In this document: positions 1 through 8,735 of the stretch, in pieces
Layout: every line of letters starts with the position of its first letter
Numbering within the stretch: position 1 is the stretch's first letter
Assembly (NCBI GenBank): GCA_038065855.1
Contig: JBBTQD010000008.1
Location: forward strand, 1-41,357
DNA from: Patescibacteria group bacterium
Lineage (GTDB): Bacteria; Patescibacteriota; Minisyncoccia; 2-02-FULL-40-12
Length of the DNA stretch: 41,357 bases
Direction of reading: 5' to 3'
Made by a program: the position numbers and the translations under genes
Notes under the pieces: generated by a model
Told to the model about the DNA's origin: nothing
Seen by the model: the letters and a program-made list of their open reading frames with translations, nothing else
Databases searched by the model: none

Positions 1-364
1 CCAACGGCTCATCTTTCTGAAAACTGAATCCCCTTTCGCTTTCGGATAAATGCCAACTTGACACTCCTAAATCAAACAAAATTCCATCAACCCCTAAAAA
101 ATCATTTTTTTCGGCTATCTCTTTTAAATTCCGGTAATTATCGTTTATTAAAATTATTTCTCTGATGCCGCTGAACTTTTCTCCGGCTTTATTAAATAAT
201 TCCGTATCCAGCTCTATGCCCAATATTTTTCCTTTCGGTTTAATCTTTTCTAAAATCGCCAAACTGTGTCCTCCGCCGTTAAAAGTGGCATCAATAATTT
301 TATCTCCGGGTTTTGGACCTAGATGCTCAATTGCTTCTTTTAAAAGAACCGGCTGATGGGTCAT
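1..364 (-). CDS. rsmH: 16S rRNA m4C1402 methyltransferase RsmH (MraW), 5' part; runs off the window edge
   Basis: Not in the ORF track. My translation from ATG at 364 gives MTHQPVLLKEAIEHLGPKPGDKIIDATFNGGGHS, with the RsmH HxPVL and DxTxxxGGHS motifs. ATGA overlap with the mraZ stop; canonical mraZ-rsmH order. Confidence 0.95.
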   Translation of the reverse strand, partial: MTHQPVLLKEAIEHLGPKPGDKIIDATFNGGGHSLAILEKIKPKGKILGIELDTELFNKAGEKFSGIREIILINDNYRNLKEIAEKNDFLGVDGILFDLGVSSWHLSESERGFSFQKDEPL

Positions 365-795
365 ATCAATCCAAGCTCTCCCAGTTTCTCGGCAATCGCA
401 TCCGTATTTTTTTCAATTTCTTTTTTATATCCTTCCCATTTTTCCTGATCCCAAATTTCCAAACGGTTCAAAATTCCGGCCACGACGATTTTCTTTTTCA
501 GCTCAGCGTAATTCTTCAGATAATCCGGAATCAGGATCCGGCCTAAATTATCAAACTCAACTTCAACCGCGCCGGCCAGCATCAATCGGGCAAAGCTTCT
601 AGTATTGGCCTGGCCCATTGAAAGTTGCCCCAACTTTTCTGAAAATTTCTCCCATTCCTGAAACGGATATAAAAACAAGCAATTATCCAAACCGCGGGTC
701 AAAACCGCTTTCTCGCCAAGTTCTTTTCTGAACCTCGAAGGTATGGCCAAACGCTTTTTATTATCTATGGAATGAGTAAATTCCCCTATAAACAT
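361..795 (-). CDS. mraZ: Division/cell-wall cluster transcriptional regulator MraZ
   Basis: 144 aa, MFIGEFTHSIDNKKRLAIP...DNLGRILIP; two SpoVT/AbrB-type repeats; directly upstream of rsmH. Confidence 0.97.
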   Translation of the reverse strand: MFIGEFTHSIDNKKRLAIPSRFRKELGEKAVLTRGLDNCLFLYPFQEWEKFSEKLGQLSMGQANTRSFARLMLAGAVEVEFDNLGRILIPDYLKNYAELKKKIVVAGILNRLEIWDQEKWEGYKKEIEKNTDAIAEKLGELGLI

Positions 796-800
796 GGTTT

Positions 801-876
801 TTAGTTATCCCCAGATTTTATTAGTTATCCACAATATTATCCACTTCTATCCACTTCACTATCATTATATTCCACA
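801..876 (-). promoter_or_regulatory. mraZ upstream repeats: MraZ-box-like GTGG repeats overlapping DnaA-box-like 9-mers
   Basis: CCAC (GTGG on minus) at 829, 841 and 851; TTATCCACA at 825-833, TTATCCCCA at 805-813, TTATCCACT at 837-845; TTAGTTATCC repeated at 801 and 821. Confidence 0.7.
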
Positions 877-1020
877 TAAACACATAAAAACAATAGTATT
901 TGCTTCTAAAATCAAAAAATCGGCCTTTTAAGCCAAAAAATTAATTCTTCATTAAAAACAAACTACAAATTATTCACAAGTTAATAACTTTTATAGGCAT
1001 TAAAGAATTATATGCACTAA

Positions 1021-1055
1021 AGAAAAAGGGTTCGCCACCTTTTAATAGCAAACCC
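1021..1055 (-). terminator. Putative intrinsic terminator
   Basis: Minus strand reads GGGTTTGC-N12-GCGAACCC (8 bp stem with one G-U pair) followed by TTTTTCTTT. Confidence 0.55.
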
Positions 1056-1213
1056 AGAAAACCCATTCTATCAATACTGGTGATCAGGTCGCGTAGCTTC
1101 TTCATTCTCATAACAAGCTAATCCCGCATCAACTTAGCGAAAATACCAAAAAAAATCAATCCAAAACGAAAAAAGAAACTCGCAGAACTTTTTTCAAATT
1201 CTATAGATGATTA

Positions 1214-1242
1214 TTGACGGCCAGATATTAAAGACTTATATA
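1214..1242 (+). promoter_or_regulatory. Putative sigma70 promoter of the glycan operon (near-leaderless)
   Basis: TTGACG-17 bp-TATATA, ending 7 nt before ATG 1250. Confidence 0.45.
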
Positions 1243-1249
1243 TTTACAA

Positions 1250-2281
1250 ATGACAAAAAATGGCCACCTTTTAATAATCCTTATTTTTTCTCTATTTTTA
1301 GCTATTAAGGCCTCCTTTATATTGGCCGCTGAAAATCGGCCAAATTTTGACATAACCCTTATATTAGACCATTCATACAGTATGTTCCAATATAAAGACG
1401 GCCGGATGCATGAAGCGAAAATAGCAGCTATTAATTTTATTGACCGCCTTGATCCTGCTTATAGCAGAGTCGCCCTTATCCGTTTTTCTGATAATTCTGA
1501 AATAAATAAACAGCTAGGGACTCCTTTTGTTGAAATTAAAAACAAGATAGATAGCTATCATTTGGATTACTTTAGCCAATTCACTAATTTACAAAGGGCC
1601 ATTGAAAAAGCTAAAGAAGAATTAACTTCAGTCAGAGCCCGGCCAAATGCCAAAAAACTGGCCATTCTTTTATCTGACGGAAATATAAACCGGCCAAAGC
1701 TTAATGGTAGAGAAAATATAAGTTATGCCCACACTCAAACTTTGCAAGAAGCTGATATTGCTAAAGAAAAAGGTGTTGTAATCCACACTATTGCAGTTGG
1801 GGGCGATAAAGCTGATCGAGAACTGCTTGTAGCTATAGCTAACCGGACAGGAGGAAATAACTACATCGCCACCTCGCCTATTGATCTTATTCCTATTTAT
1901 GAACATATCGCCAATAATCTGACAAATTCTTCAAGAGGCGGAGGGGGTTCAGTTTATATTATAAAAAATTCATCTTCTCCTACTCCAGTGCCAATTCCAG
2001 TTTCAATTGATAAATCCGGGGCTAAAAATGTCAATAAAAAAAATAATTATTATGAAATGAGTAATCGGGCTATCGGCGCCATTAATGAAGTTGGCCAAGA
2101 AAAAGACATTGATAAAATCAATCAGGATCAACTAGAAGATAAAAATGATTCGCAAAAAGCTTTACTTATTGAAACCTATTTATTTAATTACTTAGGGAAT
2201 TCAACCGCCATGATTATTGCGGCCCTAATCGCAGTTCATATCATCTGGTTTTTTGGCATTAATAGAAAAAAATCTCTTTGA
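1250..2281 (+). CDS. Exported von Willebrand factor A (VWA) domain protein with C-terminal membrane anchor
   Basis: N-terminal signal-like hydrophobic stretch, MIDAS motif DHSYS, ILLSDG, G/S/P linker, C-terminal hydrophobic helix followed by RKK. Confidence 0.85.
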   Translation: MTKNGHLLIILIFSLFLAIKASFILAAENRPNFDITLILDHSYSMFQYKDGRMHEAKIAAINFIDRLDPAYSRVALIRFSDNSEINKQLGTPFVEIKNKIDSYHLDYFSQFTNLQRAIEKAKEELTSVRARPNAKKLAILLSDGNINRPKLNGRENISYAHTQTLQEADIAKEKGVVIHTIAVGGDKADRELLVAIANRTGGNNYIATSPIDLIPIYEHIANNLTNSSRGGGGSVYIIKNSSSPTPVPIPVSIDKSGAKNVNKKNNYYEMSNRAIGAINEVGQEKDIDKINQDQLEDKNDSQKALLIETYLFNYLGNSTAMIIAALIAVHIIWFFGINRKKSL

Positions 2282-3237
2282 AAATGAAAAAAGACAAACC
2301 TAAAATTTCTATAGTTATCCCGGTAAAAGATGAGGCGGATAGCTTGCCGATTCTTTATGAAAAAATTGCCAGAGTATTGATCGGAAAACTTCAGGATTCT
2401 GAAATTATTTTTGTAAACGACGGCAGCACCGATAACAGCCAGACGATCATTGAAAAACTCCATTCCCAAGATTCCAGAATTAAAGTATTAGAACTGCGCC
2501 GCAACTTTGGCCAAACAGCGGCCATGTCGGCCGGTTTTGACATAGCTCAAGGCAAAATAATAATCACCATGGATGCCGATTTACAAAACGAGCCAGCCGA
2601 CATCCCCAATTTGCTTAAAAAAATAGATGAGGGTTATGATATTGTCTCCGGCTGGAGAAAAAAACGAAAGGATAAATTTATTACCAGACGGATTCCTTCA
2701 ATAGCTGCAAATTTCATTATTTCTAAATTAACCGGAGTCCATCTCCACGACTACGGCTGCACCTTAAAAGCTTATAAAAAAGAGGCTCTTAATGGAATCA
2801 GGCTTTATGGCGATATGCATCGCTTTATTCCTGTATTCTCCGGCATTCAGGGTTTTAAAGTAGCAGAGCTTCCAGTCTCCCACAATCCGCGCAAATTTGG
2901 AAAATCAAACTACGGGATATCAAGAATTTTAAAAGTAATAATTGACCTCATTACTATTCGATTTTTTATAAAATTTCTGACTAAACCAATGCGTTTTTTT
3001 GGCATCATCGGAATATTTTTTGGGGCTATAGGAGTCATAATCGGCCTATACCTAACCTATTTAAAATCATTTTTAGGCCTGGATATCGGCGGCCGGCCCC
3101 TCCTTCTCCTTACTATTTCTATGATAATTGCCGGAATCCAGATAACCTCATTAGGAATTATTGGAGAAATAATTTCGAGAATTTATTTTGAGTCTCAAAA
3201 TAAAAAAACTTATACTGTCAAAAAAATTATTAAATAG
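2278..3237 (+). CDS. GT2 polyprenol-phosphate glycosyltransferase (ArnC/GtrB/DPM1-like)
   Basis: VNDGSTD, RNFGQTAA, MDADLQ, VSGWR and HRFIP motifs; two C-terminal TM helices. Start may be 2284. Confidence 0.92.
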   Translation: MKMKKDKPKISIVIPVKDEADSLPILYEKIARVLIGKLQDSEIIFVNDGSTDNSQTIIEKLHSQDSRIKVLELRRNFGQTAAMSAGFDIAQGKIIITMDADLQNEPADIPNLLKKIDEGYDIVSGWRKKRKDKFITRRIPSIAANFIISKLTGVHLHDYGCTLKAYKKEALNGIRLYGDMHRFIPVFSGIQGFKVAELPVSHNPRKFGKSNYGISRILKVIIDLITIRFFIKFLTKPMRFFGIIGIFFGAIGVIIGLYLTYLKSFLGLDIGGRPLLLLTISMIIAGIQITSLGIIGEIISRIYFESQNKKTYTVKKIIK

Positions 3238-3252
3238 CCGAATTGCCGCAGT

Positions 3253-4227
3253 ATGAAAAATTTAAGGATTAATAAAAATCTGGTAGCCATTATTGTCACT
3301 CTTGCATTTTCAATCTGGTTGATCAAAAGTTTGGATAGAAACACTGTCATTAAACTTTTAGACAACATATCGCCGCTTTGGATCGGGATTGGTTCTTTTT
3401 TTTACATCGTAGTCTACTTTGTCAAAGTGGCCCGCTGGAAAGCTCTTTTACCGATGTCCTCAGGCTCATTTAAGGATATGCTAGGGATTACCGGGATCCA
3501 TAATCTGGCTGTCAGAATATTTCCAAACCCGGCTGGCGAACTGGTTTTTCTACGGCAGGCAAAACAAATAAATATCGCTTATTCTGATTCTTTAGCCGCT
3601 TTGACAATCAATCGAGCCCTTGATTTTGTTTTTGTAGGATTTTTCTTTCTTTTTGGAGTAACCCCATTTTTTTTAAATCCGACTAAAGCGATTTTTTTCT
3701 TTTTATCTGTCAGTATTTTTTTTATCGCTGGCGGCATTGGTTTAATTATTTTCCTTTCTTCGGCCCCGAACGCTGCCAAAAAAACAGTAAAAATATTTTT
3801 CAGTTTATTTCTGCCGACTAAATTTGAAAAAAAAATTGAACAAAAAACAGATCAATTCTTGAATGCCTTTGCTCATTTGAAAAATCGAAAAATTTATTTT
3901 AAAGCCGTGTTTTTTTCGTTTGTTCTGTGGTTAAGTATGTTTGGAGCCTATTTTTTCTTTCTTAAAGGCTTTGGAATTAATTTAAAGCTTAACGCTGTCT
4001 TTGCCGGAGGAGCAGTCCAGATTTTTGCCAACACCATTCCTAATATCGGCGGTTTTGGGATAATGGAAGCAGGCTGGGTGGCAGGATTAAATTTAGCTGA
4101 AATAGAAAATCAAACAGCTATTGCCGGCGCTCTAGCAGTTGATTTAATGACTTTAGTGGGTACGATAATTTTTGGATTGATTGCTTTTTTAATTCAAAAA
4201 GGAAAGCTTTTAATAAAAAACAATTGA
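3253..4227 (+). CDS. Flippase-like membrane protein (lysylphosphatidylglycerol synthase TM / UPF0104 family)
   Basis: Multi-TM; RW, PxxAGE, RxxD and PxxGGFGxxEAG motifs typical of the family. Confidence 0.8.
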   Translation: MKNLRINKNLVAIIVTLAFSIWLIKSLDRNTVIKLLDNISPLWIGIGSFFYIVVYFVKVARWKALLPMSSGSFKDMLGITGIHNLAVRIFPNPAGELVFLRQAKQINIAYSDSLAALTINRALDFVFVGFFFLFGVTPFFLNPTKAIFFFLSVSIFFIAGGIGLIIFLSSAPNAAKKTVKIFFSLFLPTKFEKKIEQKTDQFLNAFAHLKNRKIYFKAVFFSFVLWLSMFGAYFFFLKGFGINLKLNAVFAGGAVQIFANTIPNIGGFGIMEAGWVAGLNLAEIENQTAIAGALAVDLMTLVGTIIFGLIAFLIQKGKLLIKNN

Positions 4228-4259
4228 ACTATTATATATTTAAGTTAAATTTTAAATAA

Positions 4260-5468
4260 ATGGAGGCGATTATATCCAAATTAACAGCTTTAATAACGAT
4301 TTTGGCGAGTTTTTTTGTTTCTTCCGTGAATACGGTTCAGCTGGACCGGCCTCTCTTTGCTGAAATCTATCCAGAGGCAATGGTTGAAAACTTATGGATC
4401 GTCTATCGGGACAAAGTTCAAAAAGACGGCAGAACCCTGGACCGCGATCAAAACTATATCACCACCTCTGAAGGCCAATCTTATGCTCTTTTACAGGCTG
4501 TCTGGATGGATGACAAAAAAACTTTTGATCATGTGCTTAAATGGACAAATGAAAATTTAAGAAAAAGGGACGATCAATTATTCGCCTGGCTATGGGGCCA
4601 GGATCAGGATAAAGACGGAAATTGGGGTGTTTTGGAAAAAGAAGGAGGTATAAATAGTGCTTCGGATGCTGACCAGGATATTGCTTTAGCTCTTATTTTT
4701 GCTTACAAGCGCTGGAATCAAAACCATTATCTGAAACAGGCAAAAAAAATTTTGAATGACATCTGGGAAAAAGAAATTGTAATTTTGTACGATAAACCCT
4801 ACTTGGTTGCCGGAAATTGGGCTAAAGAAAATGATTCCTACACAATCAATCCTTCTTATTTTATGTTTTATGCTTACCCGATATTTGCCGAAGTTGACCC
4901 AGCTCATAACTGGCGGCTTCTTAAAAACACTTCATATGAAGTTCTTACAGAGGCTACTCAAAGCTCTCTTGATAAAAAAAATAGCGGAAATTTGCCGCCA
5001 GACTGGATAAGCATTAATCCAAAAACATTAAAAATCAATCCATCCGAATATAAAGAGAAAAAAACAGATTTTTCTTATGATGCTTTTCGGGTTTTGTGGC
5101 GGGTAGCCCTTGATTGGGAATGGCACAAAGACGAAAAAGCAATAACATATCTTAAATCAATTAAAACTCTTAAAGAAGAATGGCAAAAACACAAATCTTT
5201 ATACGATTCTTATTATCACGATGGCCAACCGGTAAGGACCTATGAAAACTCAAGTATCTACGCCGGCACTTATCCATATTTCAGCTTAATTCATCCTGAA
5301 ATTGCTGAAAAACTATACAGAGATAAACTGGCCCGTCTTTATGATTCAAGTACTGAAAATTTCAGTAAACCGTTGGGATATTACGCCCAAAACTGGGTCT
5401 GGTTTGGTTTTGCTTTTCATGCAAAAAAACTTCCCAATCTATATCTTATTGACAATGATAATTTATGA
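4260..5468 (+). CDS. Secreted glycoside hydrolase family 8 endoglucanase (BcsZ-like)
   Basis: Signal peptide; TSEGQSY, SASDADQDIA, NPSY, LPPDW and YDAFRV GH8 motifs. Confidence 0.9.
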   Translation: MEAIISKLTALITILASFFVSSVNTVQLDRPLFAEIYPEAMVENLWIVYRDKVQKDGRTLDRDQNYITTSEGQSYALLQAVWMDDKKTFDHVLKWTNENLRKRDDQLFAWLWGQDQDKDGNWGVLEKEGGINSASDADQDIALALIFAYKRWNQNHYLKQAKKILNDIWEKEIVILYDKPYLVAGNWAKENDSYTINPSYFMFYAYPIFAEVDPAHNWRLLKNTSYEVLTEATQSSLDKKNSGNLPPDWISINPKTLKINPSEYKEKKTDFSYDAFRVLWRVALDWEWHKDEKAITYLKSIKTLKEEWQKHKSLYDSYYHDGQPVRTYENSSIYAGTYPYFSLIHPEIAEKLYRDKLARLYDSSTENFSKPLGYYAQNWVWFGFAFHAKKLPNLYLIDNDNL

Positions 5469-7072
5469 ATTCCGACAAAAATCAGGAAATAATTCTTCCG
5501 GCTGAACAAGTTCCGCGCCTTTTTATAATTTTTGCTCTTGGCGTCAGTCTTTTTTACGGCCTGTGGTGGCTTGATTTCAGCAATATGGAATCTAAGATGC
5601 TCTACGGCCTCCTTTTTATTGGGGAAATTTATCATATCTGGCAAGCCATGGGCTATATGTATACAGTCTGGGATCAAAAAAAATATCTAAGCAAAACCTG
5701 CCCTCATGATTTTGCCCCTCCGGTAGATGTTTTTATAACTGTGTGTGGCGAACCAGTTGGAGTAGTTGAAAAAACTCTTGCTGGCGCAATATCTATGGAT
5801 TATCCAAACTATCAAGTTTATATACTAAACGACGGCCTTGTCGCCAAAAAAAATAACTGGCGCGAGATTGAAGAATTAGCAAAAAAATACAGAGCCAATA
5901 TTATCACCAGATCAATACCGGGAGGTGCAAAAGCAGGAAATATTAATAATGGATTAAAACAAACTAAGGCCCCCTTTTTTGCTATCTTTGACGCTGATCA
6001 CGCGCCTAAAAAAGATTTTTTAAAAAAAACTATGGGATATCTATCTGACCCTCAAATGGCTCTTGTCCAAACGCCTCAATACTATAAAAATAAAGACGAA
6101 AATCTTCTAACTCATTCAGCCTGGGAACAGCAAGAACTTTTTTTTGGTCCAATTTGTCAGGGTAAAAATAAAGATAATGCGACTTTTTGGTGCGGAACAA
6201 ACGCAATAATAAAAAGGGCGGCCATAGAAAAAATCGGGGGCATTCCAGAAGATTCAGTAACTGAAGATTTTTTAGTTTCTCTTTTCCTCCATCAAAAGGG
6301 ATATAAATCCGTATATATACCAGAAATTCTTTCTGAAGGACTAGCTCCCCAGGATTTAAAATCATATGTAAGTCAGCAATACAGATGGGCCCGGGGTTGT
6401 CTTGATCTGCTTTTTCGGCATAACCCTTTTTTCAAAAAAAACTTAAGTTGGGCTCAAAAAATCCATTATCTTTATTCAAGCAGCTATTATTTAAACGGCT
6501 TAATCATAGCAGTTAATGCTTTTATTCCAATTTATGCTCTATTATCAGGAGTATCTCCAGTTAAAGAAGACGTAAATAATTTCATGATTTATTTTTTTCC
6601 ATTTATATTTACGACAATTTATCTTTTAATGAAATCTACCCAATTTAAAATCACATTCAATGCAATTCAAATGTCGATGAGCTCATTTTTTGTTTTTATA
6701 GCCGCGGCGCTGGCAGCAATATTCAATATTAAAACTAAATTCGAAGTCACATCAAAAATAGAACAAGTCGGAAATTACCTGATTTATGCTCTGCCTCATA
6801 TAAGTTATATATTAATCTCGATTTTTGCTATTTATTTTGGAATTAAAAAACAAGGGATAACGCCATCAGTTGTTACCAATACTTCTTGGGTCGTTTTCAA
6901 TATTGTTTTTTTCTTCGGGTTTATTAGAGTGGCCTATCCCTGGCAATCAAACTGGACTTATTTAAAATCAGCAATTAAGAATTCAGCTGTTCAAATTATT
7001 AATTTTTATAAAAAAAGGGGGTCAATCCCATATCAGATTAACTTATTGTCGGAAAAACAAAATCATAAATAA
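5465..7072 (+). CDS. Processive GT2 glycan synthase, cellulose synthase (BcsA)-like, with no PilZ domain
   Basis: AKAGN, FDADH, QTPQ, CGT, TED and QQYRW (QxxRW) motifs. The protein ends ~40 aa after the last TM helix with no RxxxR PilZ motif. Confidence 0.9.
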   Translation: MNSDKNQEIILPAEQVPRLFIIFALGVSLFYGLWWLDFSNMESKMLYGLLFIGEIYHIWQAMGYMYTVWDQKKYLSKTCPHDFAPPVDVFITVCGEPVGVVEKTLAGAISMDYPNYQVYILNDGLVAKKNNWREIEELAKKYRANIITRSIPGGAKAGNINNGLKQTKAPFFAIFDADHAPKKDFLKKTMGYLSDPQMALVQTPQYYKNKDENLLTHSAWEQQELFFGPICQGKNKDNATFWCGTNAIIKRAAIEKIGGIPEDSVTEDFLVSLFLHQKGYKSVYIPEILSEGLAPQDLKSYVSQQYRWARGCLDLLFRHNPFFKKNLSWAQKIHYLYSSSYYLNGLIIAVNAFIPIYALLSGVSPVKEDVNNFMIYFFPFIFTTIYLLMKSTQFKITFNAIQMSMSSFFVFIAAALAAIFNIKTKFEVTSKIEQVGNYLIYALPHISYILISIFAIYFGIKKQGITPSVVTNTSWVVFNIVFFFGFIRVAYPWQSNWTYLKSAIKNSAVQIINFYKKRGSIPYQINLLSEKQNHK

Positions 7073-8721
7073 TGAATAAAAAATGCCTGGAAAAATATAA
7101 ATATTATTTTATCCTGGCCGGCCTGATTGGACTTGGAATATTTCTGCGTCTTTGGGAAATCGGAACCGAAAGCCTGCGCCTGGACGAGGCTCAAAGCATT
7201 TGGCAGGCGTCTCACACAACAGAATTCATCCGTTTTTATACCCTAAAAAATGTTCATCTGCCTCTTCATAACACATTTCTTCATTTCTGGATTGCCTTGT
7301 TCGGGGGAAAAGCGATAGCCGGCCGCATTTCTTCCGCTATATTTGGAATTTTATCTCTGCCGGCTCTTTACCTTCTTAGCCGCGAGTTCCTAAAAAGAAA
7401 ATGGGCTTTGACGGCAACTGGCATCGGAGCAATCTCGCCTTTCTGGATTTGGTACAGTCGGGAGATAAGAATGTATACTTTATTAACTTTGATTACCGTT
7501 TTTTCTTACTATTTCTTTGTAAGAATAATTAGAACAAATCAGCTTAAAAATTATATATTTTATACAATTACAAATATTATTGGCATATACACCCACTATT
7601 TTTTCTTTCTTGTCCTCTTAGTTCAGGCTGTCTTTTTCCTAAGCACCTGGAAAGTTAAATGGAACAATAAATTAACCATTCCTAAAAAAAGGGTGCTTTA
7701 TAACTTTACGGCCGTAGTAATAGTTCTAATAATCGCTTTCTCGCCCTGGTTTTATGCATTTATCAATTCACACGGCTCCGGGACCCTTGCCCCTGAATTA
7801 ATAAAGCCAAGCAGTTTTAATATTTTCCTTAGTTTTTTTGAATTCACTTTCGGGTACCAGCCCGAAAATATAACTACGGCAATGATTGCTTTGTGGCCAT
7901 TGGTTACTCTAATGGGTTTTGTATTTTTAGAAAAAAGAAGACCAATCAAGCCAAGTATTTTTTTAATGGTTACCGGAATTCTTCTGCCGGTCATTTTTAC
8001 ATTTTCAGTTAGTATTCTTTATAAACCAATATATCTTACCCGCTATCTTATAATAATCACTCCTTTTTATTATATTTTTATTGCCTGGGTTTTATCGCAG
8101 TCAAAAGGACTATTCCAAAAAATTTTTATATCAATTTTTGGGATCAGTCTTATCGCCGCTTTCATTAACCAAAACACAAGTCCCGATATTACGATAAAGG
8201 AAAATTATCGCGAAGCAATCAATTATATTTCTGGGGAAACATCTCATCGTGATATTGTTGTTTTGGCGCCGCCTTATATGATTTATCCTTTCCAGTATTA
8301 CTATCACGGACCAGCCCAAATAACTTCAATCCCTATATGGAATAAAAGAAAAGGGGCAATTCCGGAAATTACTCCTGAAAAACTGATTCAAGATATTGAA
8401 ATTATTAAAGGTAACCGGCAAAGAATTTTTCTTTTTATCGCCGATGACTTAAAGGGAGGGCTGGAAGCAAAGAATTTTCTTGACAATAAATTTACTAAAC
8501 TTGAAAAAAAACAATTTTCTAAAACTCTTTGGCTTAATGTTTATCAAACCGAATATAAACAAAAAGTATATGCCATAAAAGACGGAGATACCCTTTCTTC
8601 TGTTGCCTATGAATTTTACCAAAATGAGTCTTTCTATAAAATAATTGCCCAGGCAAATAATTTAACTAATCCGGATTTTATAGAAATTGGACAATCTTTA
8701 AAAATACCCAGCTTCCCGTAA
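7072..8721 (+). CDS. GT-C fold membrane glycosyltransferase (GT39/ArnT-like) fused to a C-terminal LysM domain
   Basis: LRLDEAQS, HLPL, SREIRMY and YTHY motifs with many TMs; C-terminus YAIKDGDTLSSVA...IAQANNLTNPDFIEIGQSLKIP is a LysM. Confidence 0.88.
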   Translation: MNKKCLEKYKYYFILAGLIGLGIFLRLWEIGTESLRLDEAQSIWQASHTTEFIRFYTLKNVHLPLHNTFLHFWIALFGGKAIAGRISSAIFGILSLPALYLLSREFLKRKWALTATGIGAISPFWIWYSREIRMYTLLTLITVFSYYFFVRIIRTNQLKNYIFYTITNIIGIYTHYFFFLVLLVQAVFFLSTWKVKWNNKLTIPKKRVLYNFTAVVIVLIIAFSPWFYAFINSHGSGTLAPELIKPSSFNIFLSFFEFTFGYQPENITTAMIALWPLVTLMGFVFLEKRRPIKPSIFLMVTGILLPVIFTFSVSILYKPIYLTRYLIIITPFYYIFIAWVLSQSKGLFQKIFISIFGISLIAAFINQNTSPDITIKENYREAINYISGETSHRDIVVLAPPYMIYPFQYYYHGPAQITSIPIWNKRKGAIPEITPEKLIQDIEIIKGNRQRIFLFIADDLKGGLEAKNFLDNKFTKLEKKQFSKTLWLNVYQTEYKQKVYAIKDGDTLSSVAYEFYQNESFYKIIAQANNLTNPDFIEIGQSLKIPSFP

Positions 8722-8735
8722 CTCGAACATAAAAA

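Noticed and set aside
796-1249. Replication origin call
   Set aside because: Only two consensus DnaA boxes, no dnaA/dnaN nearby, and the repeats are explainable as MraZ boxes. Kept only as a regulatory finding.
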